Positions 24,096 through 28,482 of a stretch of DNA of 28,482 nucleotides are shown here, piece by piece. Source of the DNA: Actinomycetota bacterium. Lineage in GTDB: Bacteria > Actinomycetota > AC-67. A program made the position numbers and the translations under genes. The stretch's first letter is position 1. Each line of letters starts with the position of its first letter. The stretch covers positions 1 through 28,482 of the forward strand of contig JBIOWR010000006.1 of the NCBI GenBank assembly GCA_044868775.1, in the 5' to 3' direction. The notes under the pieces were generated by a model, which saw nothing but the letters and a program-made list of their open reading frames with translations, had not been told where the DNA came from and ran no database searches.

Positions 24096-27000
24096 ACGCG
24101 CAGGCAGCGCGGCGCGAGCGGCGCCTCGTTACCGTTCTGTTCGCCGACCTCTCGGGGTTCACGTCGGCCGCGGAGTCGATGGACCCCGAGGAGGTCCACG
24201 ATCTCGTCGTTCCGCTGATGGATCGCTTGCAAGGAGTCGTCGAGTCGCACGGCGGCACGATCGTGAACACCATGGGCGACGGTTTCTTCGCCGTGTTCGG
24301 CGCGCCGGTGGCGCACCCCGACGATGCGGAGCGGGCGGTGCGCGCCGCGTTCGCAACGCGCAGCGCAGTGCGTGCGTCGCGCGAGGGTCCGGCGTTCGAC
24401 CTCCACTGCGGCATCCAGACCGGGTGGGTGTCGATCGCGCCGGGCCGTCACACGATCGACGTAGTCGGCGACACGGTGAACACCGCGAGCCGCATCGCCG
24501 GACTCGCGGCGCCCGGCGTGGTGCTCGTCGGCGACACGACCCGATCGCTCACGACCGGCAGCATCCGCTATCGCGAGCTGGGGCCGGTGACGTTGAAGGG
24601 CAAAGCCGAGCCGCTGCGCGTGTTCGAAGCGCTGGAGGTGCGCAACTCCGCGCTCGAACGCTTCTTCGAGCCGGCCTTCACGCCGCTGATCGGACGCGAC
24701 ACCGAACGGCGCCGGCTCGACGAGCACTTCGCGAACGTGACGCGAACGAAGACGTCCAACGTCGCCGTTATCGCCGGAGCGCCCGGCGTGGGGAAGTCGC
24801 GGCTCGCGAGCGAGTTCGCATCCTCGCTCGCCGATGCGACGATCCTGGTCGGACGCGGCGTACCGTTCGGCGAGCGCATCCCGTGGCTCGCGATCTCGCA
24901 CGCGTTGCGGGGGTTCGCCGGCATCGACGACGGCGACGCGCTCGACGCCGCGCGCGAGAAATTGTGGACGACCGTGGAGCACGCGCTCCCACACGAGCCG
25001 GGCGAGCAGCACGCACAGCTCGTCGCGCAGCTCGGCCTCCTGTTGCGCATCGACGAGAAAGCGACGCCCTCGCGCGCCGTGCCCGGCGAGTTCAACTACG
25101 AGATGGCGGCGGCGTTGCGGCGTTTCATGACCGGGCTCGCCGGGCAGCGGCCGGTCGTGCTCATCGTCGAGGACTTGCAGTGGGCCGACCCCGAGGTCGC
25201 GTCGTTCCTCCGGTGGGTGCACGACGAGCCGTGGAGCGAGCCCGCGATGATCCTGGGTCTCGTATGGGAGGACGCGCTCGACACGCTCGGGTTCACGCGC
25301 GACGACGACGCGGTGACGACGCTGGGATCGCTCGGCCGCCCCGACCTCGACGCGCTGACGCGGTTCTTGCTTCCCGGCGCCGACGTGCCGGACGACGTCG
25401 CGGCCGATCTCGCGCTTCGTTCGGGCGGCAACCCGCTCTTCCTCCAAGAGATCGTGCGGCTGTTGCGCGAGCAAGGAACGCTCGTCGCCGAGCCTGAGCG
25501 GTGGGTGCTGCTCGACGCGAGCGGACGGTGCGTCCCCGAGAGCGTGCACCTCGTCGTCGCGGCGCGCATCGACGGACTTGATCCCGAGGAGCGGCGCCTC
25601 GTGCGCGACGCGGCGGTGTGCGGGCCGGTGTTCTCGGCGGCGGCGCTGCGCGCGTTGGGTTGGCGTGACGTGGAGGGCGTATTGCATTCGCTCGAAGATC
25701 GCGGGCTCGTGTTCTCGCGCGGCGGCGAGTACGGCTTCAACCACACGGTGACGCGTGACGTTGCGTACGACTCCATCCCGCGCAGCGAGCGCGCGGGCAA
25801 GCACCTCGCCGTCGCGGAGTGGTTGCGCGCATCGGGCGACGAGCGGGTGGAGCTCCTCGCCTATCACTATGCGCAAGCCGCGCTCGTTGGGCTGCAACGT
25901 CCCGGCGGCGACGTGGCCGCGCTCGCGATGACCTACCTCACGCGCGCCGGCGACCGCGCGCTCGCGCAGCGCGCGTTGCGCGAGGCGGAGTCGTGGTACC
26001 GGCAAGCGATCGAGCTGCAACCGCCGGCCCCGGCACGCGCGCACACGCAGGACGGCGTGAAGACCCTCGCCGCGCTCATGCGGCACGCGGAGGTGCTGTA
26101 CGACCTCAGCCGGTACGACGACGCGCGCGAGGAGGCGTCGCGCGCGCTCGAGATGGCCGGCATCGCCGGTGACGCCCGGGCGCAAGGCGCGGCGTACTTG
26201 CAGCTCGCGCGATTGGACTCGCTGTTCGGCGACATCGAGGCGGCGCGCATGATCCTGGACCTTGCCGACGCGAAGTTTCGCGAAGCGTGCGACGACGTCG
26301 GGCGCGCGCACGTGGTGCGCGCGGTCGCGGACACGTGGCGGCTCGGCGACATCCGGCGCATGGTGACCGGCTTGGAGCAAGCAGCGCGGATGTATGCGGA
26401 GGCCGGAGACTGGCGCAACCAGCACTTCGTGTTCGAAGACCTCGCATACGTGCACACGACGCACTCCGACGTCGAGTTCGAGCGGTACGTGGGCGAGAGC
26501 GTCCCGCTCGTGGAGCGTGCGGGCGACCGCCGCTCGCGTGCGGCGCTGCTTCGCACGCGAGGTTTCCACGGGTTCTACCGCGGGCGGTTCGACGAGGCGT
26601 TCGGACCGCTGACTGAGGCGATGACGCTCGCGCGCGACGGGGGCGACGTGTTCGTGGAGTGCGACTGCATGTATCTCCTCGCGCGCATCCACCTCGAGCG
26701 CGGCGACGTGAGCGAAGCGCAACGGCTCGGCGATGCCCTCGTCCACTTCGGAGCGTCACAAGGGCTGCGCCGCATCGAGGAGGAGGGCCTCGTCGTGCTC
26801 GCGCGCATCGCCGCGCGCGAAGGGCGCGCTCAGGATGCCGACCGTTCGCTGAAGCGTGCGCGCGCCCTGCTCGAAGAGATCGGCGCGGATCGCGAGATGG
26901 TGGAGGTCGTGCTCGCCGAGGCGCAGATCGCGCTTGAGCGCAGCGAGTGGGAGCGCGCGTTCGAGCAGGCGCAGCGATACGGGAGCGAGGTCGCACGCTA

Positions 27001-27232
27001 CGGCGACGTGCTCGAGGAATCCCGCGCATTGCTCATCCAGGCACGCGCACGCTTCGGCCTTGGCGCGTGGGGCGAAGCCGACCGCCTGGCCGCTGCGGCG
27101 CTCGCGCTCGCCGACGCCGAGGATCAGCTCGACGTGCGCGCGGGTGCGCGCGAGGTACGCGCGTCGGCACTGAAACAGCTCGGCCGCGAAGACGACGCCG
27201 CGCTATTCGGCAACGACGGCGCTTACGAGTAG
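24092..27232 (+). CDS. Class III adenylate/guanylate cyclase-STAND (AAA_16) ATPase-TPR multidomain protein; start codon uncertain
   Basis: RRLVTVLFADLSGFT (first metal Asp, upstream of the first ATG at 24179), VNTMGDG, DVVGDTVNTASR, Walker A GAPGVGKS, Walker B LIVEDLQWAD, GGNPLF and a long helical TPR-like C-terminus. Confidence 0.9.
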   Translation, partial: VDAQAARRERRLVTVLFADLSGFTSAAESMDPEEVHDLVVPLMDRLQGVVESHGGTIVNTMGDGFFAVFGAPVAHPDDAERAVRAAFATRSAVRASREGPAFDLHCGIQTGWVSIAPGRHTIDVVGDTVNTASRIAGLAAPGVVLVGDTTRSLTTGSIRYRELGPVTLKGKAEPLRVFEALEVRNSALERFFEPAFTPLIGRDTERRRLDEHFANVTRTKTSNVAVIAGAPGVGKSRLASEFASSLADATILVGRGVPFGERIPWLAISHALRGFAGIDDGDALDAAREKLWTTVEHALPHEPGEQHAQLVAQLGLLLRIDEKATPSRAVPGEFNYEMAAALRRFMTGLAGQRPVVLIVEDLQWADPEVASFLRWVHDEPWSEPAMILGLVWEDALDTLGFTRDDDAVTTLGSLGRPDLDALTRFLLPGADVPDDVAADLALRSGGNPLFLQEIVRLLREQGTLVAEPERWVLLDASGRCVPESVHLVVAARIDGLDPEERRLVRDAAVCGPVFSAAALRALGWRDVEGVLHSLEDRGLVFSRGGEYGFNHTVTRDVAYDSIPRSERAGKHLAVAEWLRASGDERVELLAYHYAQAALVGLQRPGGDVAALAMTYLTRAGDRALAQRALREAESWYRQAIELQPPAPARAHTQDGVKTLAALMRHAEVLYDLSRYDDAREEASRALEMAGIAGDARAQGAAYLQLARLDSLFGDIEAARMILDLADAKFREACDDVGRAHVVRAVADTWRLGDIRRMVTGLEQAARMYAEAGDWRNQHFVFEDLAYVHTTHSDVEFERYVGESVPLVERAGDRRSRAALLRTRGFHGFYRGRFDEAFGPLTEAMTLARDGGDVFVECDCMYLLARIHLERGDVSEAQRLGDALVHFGASQGLRRIEEEGLVVLARIAAREGRAQDADRSLKRARALLEEIGADREMVEVVLAEAQIALERSEWERAFEQAQRYGSEVARYGDVLEESRALLIQARARFGLGAWGEADRLAAAALALADAEDQLDVRAGAREVRASALKQLGREDDAALFGNDGAYE

Positions 27233-28014
27233 GAGTGCTCCGGTCCGGGATACTCTCCCGAACCGACCTCGCTCGCGTACCGCCGCGCCGCATCGCCGAT
27301 GATCTGTGCAACGTCGGCGTATCGTTTCACGAATCGCGGGAGCTTGCCGTCGCTGAGGCCGATGAGGTCGTTGATCACGAGCACTTGCCCGTCGGTGTGC
27401 GACCCGGCCCCGATGCCGATCGTCGGGATCGCAAGGCGCTTGGTCACGCGCTCCGCAAGGTCGCTCGGAACGCATTCGAGCACGAGCGCGAACGCTCCCG
27501 CTTCCTCCAGCTCCTTTGCATAGCGCAGGATGCGATCGGCCGACTCTTCGTTGCGGCCTTGCACCTTGTAGCCGCCGAACAGGTTGACGGACTGCGGCGT
27601 GAGCCCGAGGTGCCCCATGACCGGCACGCCGATCGAGGAGAGCGCAGACGTCAGCCCCGCTTGCGGGCCTTCGACCTTCACCGCATGAACGTTGCCTTCC
27701 TTGAGGAAGCGCGTTGCGCTGCGCACGCCTTCGTCCACCGAGACGCCGTACGAGCCGAACGGCATGTCGCCGACGACGAGCGCGTTGCGTGCGCCGCGCG
27801 CGACGGCGCGGCAGTGGTGCAACACCTCGTCCACGCTGACCGGCACCGTAGTGTCGTAGCCGAGGACGACCTGCCCCAGCGAGTCGCCGACGAGCAAGAC
27901 CGGGATCCCGGCGTCGTCGAGGATGCGAGCCGTCTGGACGTCGTACGCGGTGAGCATCGCGAATCTCTCGCCGCGCGCCTTGAAGGCCGCCAGATCGTGG
28001 ATCGTCGTGCCCAT
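27223..28014 (-). CDS. panB: 3-methyl-2-oxobutanoate hydroxymethyltransferase
   Basis: MLTAYD, LVGDSLG, DMPFGSY, AVKVEG, GHLGLTPQ, GAF..VLECVP and GIGAG...DGQVLV..D. AAGGAGG RBS before ATG 28014. Confidence 0.97.
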   Translation of the reverse strand: MGTTIHDLAAFKARGERFAMLTAYDVQTARILDDAGIPVLLVGDSLGQVVLGYDTTVPVSVDEVLHHCRAVARGARNALVVGDMPFGSYGVSVDEGVRSATRFLKEGNVHAVKVEGPQAGLTSALSSIGVPVMGHLGLTPQSVNLFGGYKVQGRNEESADRILRYAKELEEAGAFALVLECVPSDLAERVTKRLAIPTIGIGAGSHTDGQVLVINDLIGLSDGKLPRFVKRYADVAQIIGDAARRYASEVGSGEYPGPEHSYS

Positions 28015-28199
28015 GATGCCTCCTTGCCTCCAGGCCCTCGCGGCGTGCGGGCGCGCGCCGGTCGTCGGGTCCCAGTGCCTGGGTGAATTGTGCCAGTGTG
28101 ACGGCGCTCGCGCACCCTGAACGTTCGCGGCAAGGCGAGGGAATGCGGAGAACGCGCCCCGGGGCATTCGTCCCAGCAACCCCTAGTCATCGCGAGCCA

Positions 28200-28450
28200 T
28201 TTTCCGTGGAGGGGCTTATCGGCGCCGCCCGAGGAGCCGAATACACAAGGGAGTCACCGAGCACAAAGTGTTGCGGCCCGAGGGATGAAGCCCCGCAAGG
28301 GGCGAGGGATGAAGGACCAGGCAACTGCGCGGGCTCACCGGCAAGGCGGTAACACAACGGTAGATGTGGGGACCTACCTTCATACGAGCTCTTCGAAAGC
28401 CAGGGGACGTACATCGAGGGCGAGCCACGCGGCTCGCCCTCTTCAGTTGT
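28200..28450 (+). ncRNA. Putative Ms1-like (6S-like architecture) small RNA, ~250 nt
   Basis: No credible ORF. Nested long-range helices GGCTT/AAGCC, CGAGGAGC/GCTCTTCG and GTGTTGC/GTAACAC surround an A-rich bubble. Motifs ACCGAGCAC, AAAGTGTTGCGG and GGTAAC match my recollection of mycobacterial Ms1/MTS2823. A strong terminator sits at the 3' end. The 5' end is approximate. Confidence 0.6.
28416..28450 (+). terminator. Rho-independent terminator
   Basis: Perfect 11-bp stem GAGGGCGAGCC-ACGC-GGCTCGCCCTC followed by TTCAGTTGT. No plus-strand CDS ends nearby, which implies a non-coding transcript. Confidence 0.8.
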
Positions 28451-28482
28451 GGGGGCGTTCTGCGTCGCGGCGGGTGGCGCCA

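Noticed and set aside
4068-27232. Patatin lipase plus nucleotide cyclase as a CBASS/Pycsar-like defence system
   Set aside because: The genes are ~17 kb apart and separated by housekeeping operons. The cyclase is class III-STAND rather than CD-NTase, and there are no mobile or defence-island hallmarks.
28290-28330. GGCGAG...GACCAGGCAACT similar to my recollection of the raiA-motif RNA 3' end
   Set aside because: The complementary 5' elements of that motif were not found, and the overall rod structure and central motifs fit Ms1 better. It is still worth including in a cmscan.
28381-28445. Resemblance of GAGC...GAAAG...ACGTAC to group II intron domain V
   Set aside because: The catalytic AGC/CGC triad helix with its bulge does not fold properly, there is no domain VI or intron-encoded RT, and the downstream hairpin is better explained as a terminator.
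1-28482. CRISPR arrays, tRNA/rRNA genes, IS elements, integrases, prophage genes
   Set aside because: No regularly spaced repeats, cloverleaf or rRNA signatures, terminal inverted repeats or transposase/integrase motifs were seen on either strand.

Overview
High-GC (roughly 70% by eye), gene-dense chromosomal window from an actinobacterium. The assignment is inferred from glpX, the cbs-metB pair, paired FadE-type ACADs, an LPXTG protein and TANNNT leaderless starts; the lineage may be deep-branching or uncultured. Left to right: 3' HRDC end of a UvrD2/RecQ-type helicase; four envelope genes (Ser-rich secreted protein, S8 peptidase, Zn-ribbon membrane protein, 1063-aa polytopic patatin/cPLA2-like lipase); glpX; a SAM methyltransferase; cbs-metB; a stand-alone DUF3662-like protein; an unannotated 55-aa Cys-rich ORF; mobA divergent from a molybdenum cofactor operon (79-aa ORF, sulfite-oxidase-like enzyme, moeA, moaD-moaC fusion, mog, moaE); a CAP protein; an LPXTG Asp-box propeller; an ACAD pair with nth and a pduO-type gene; a tandem Lrp/AsnC ligand-binding protein coupled to a class III cyclase-STAND-TPR protein; panB; and a structured non-coding region ending in a strong terminator. 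No transposase, integrase, CRISPR array, tRNA or rRNA was seen. The best leads are (1) a ~250-nt Ms1/6S-like RNA at 28200-28450, (2) a MoaD-MoaC fusion with an internal Gly-Gly|Ser that would need proteolytic release, (3) a CBS carrying an extra 100-aa, apparently catalytically dead isochorismatase-like domain, (4) a cyclase-STAND gene whose first catalytic Asp lies upstream of any canonical start codon, and (5) an 18-bp bidirectional leaderless promoter. All family assignments come from motif recognition by eye; no database searches or folding programs were run.
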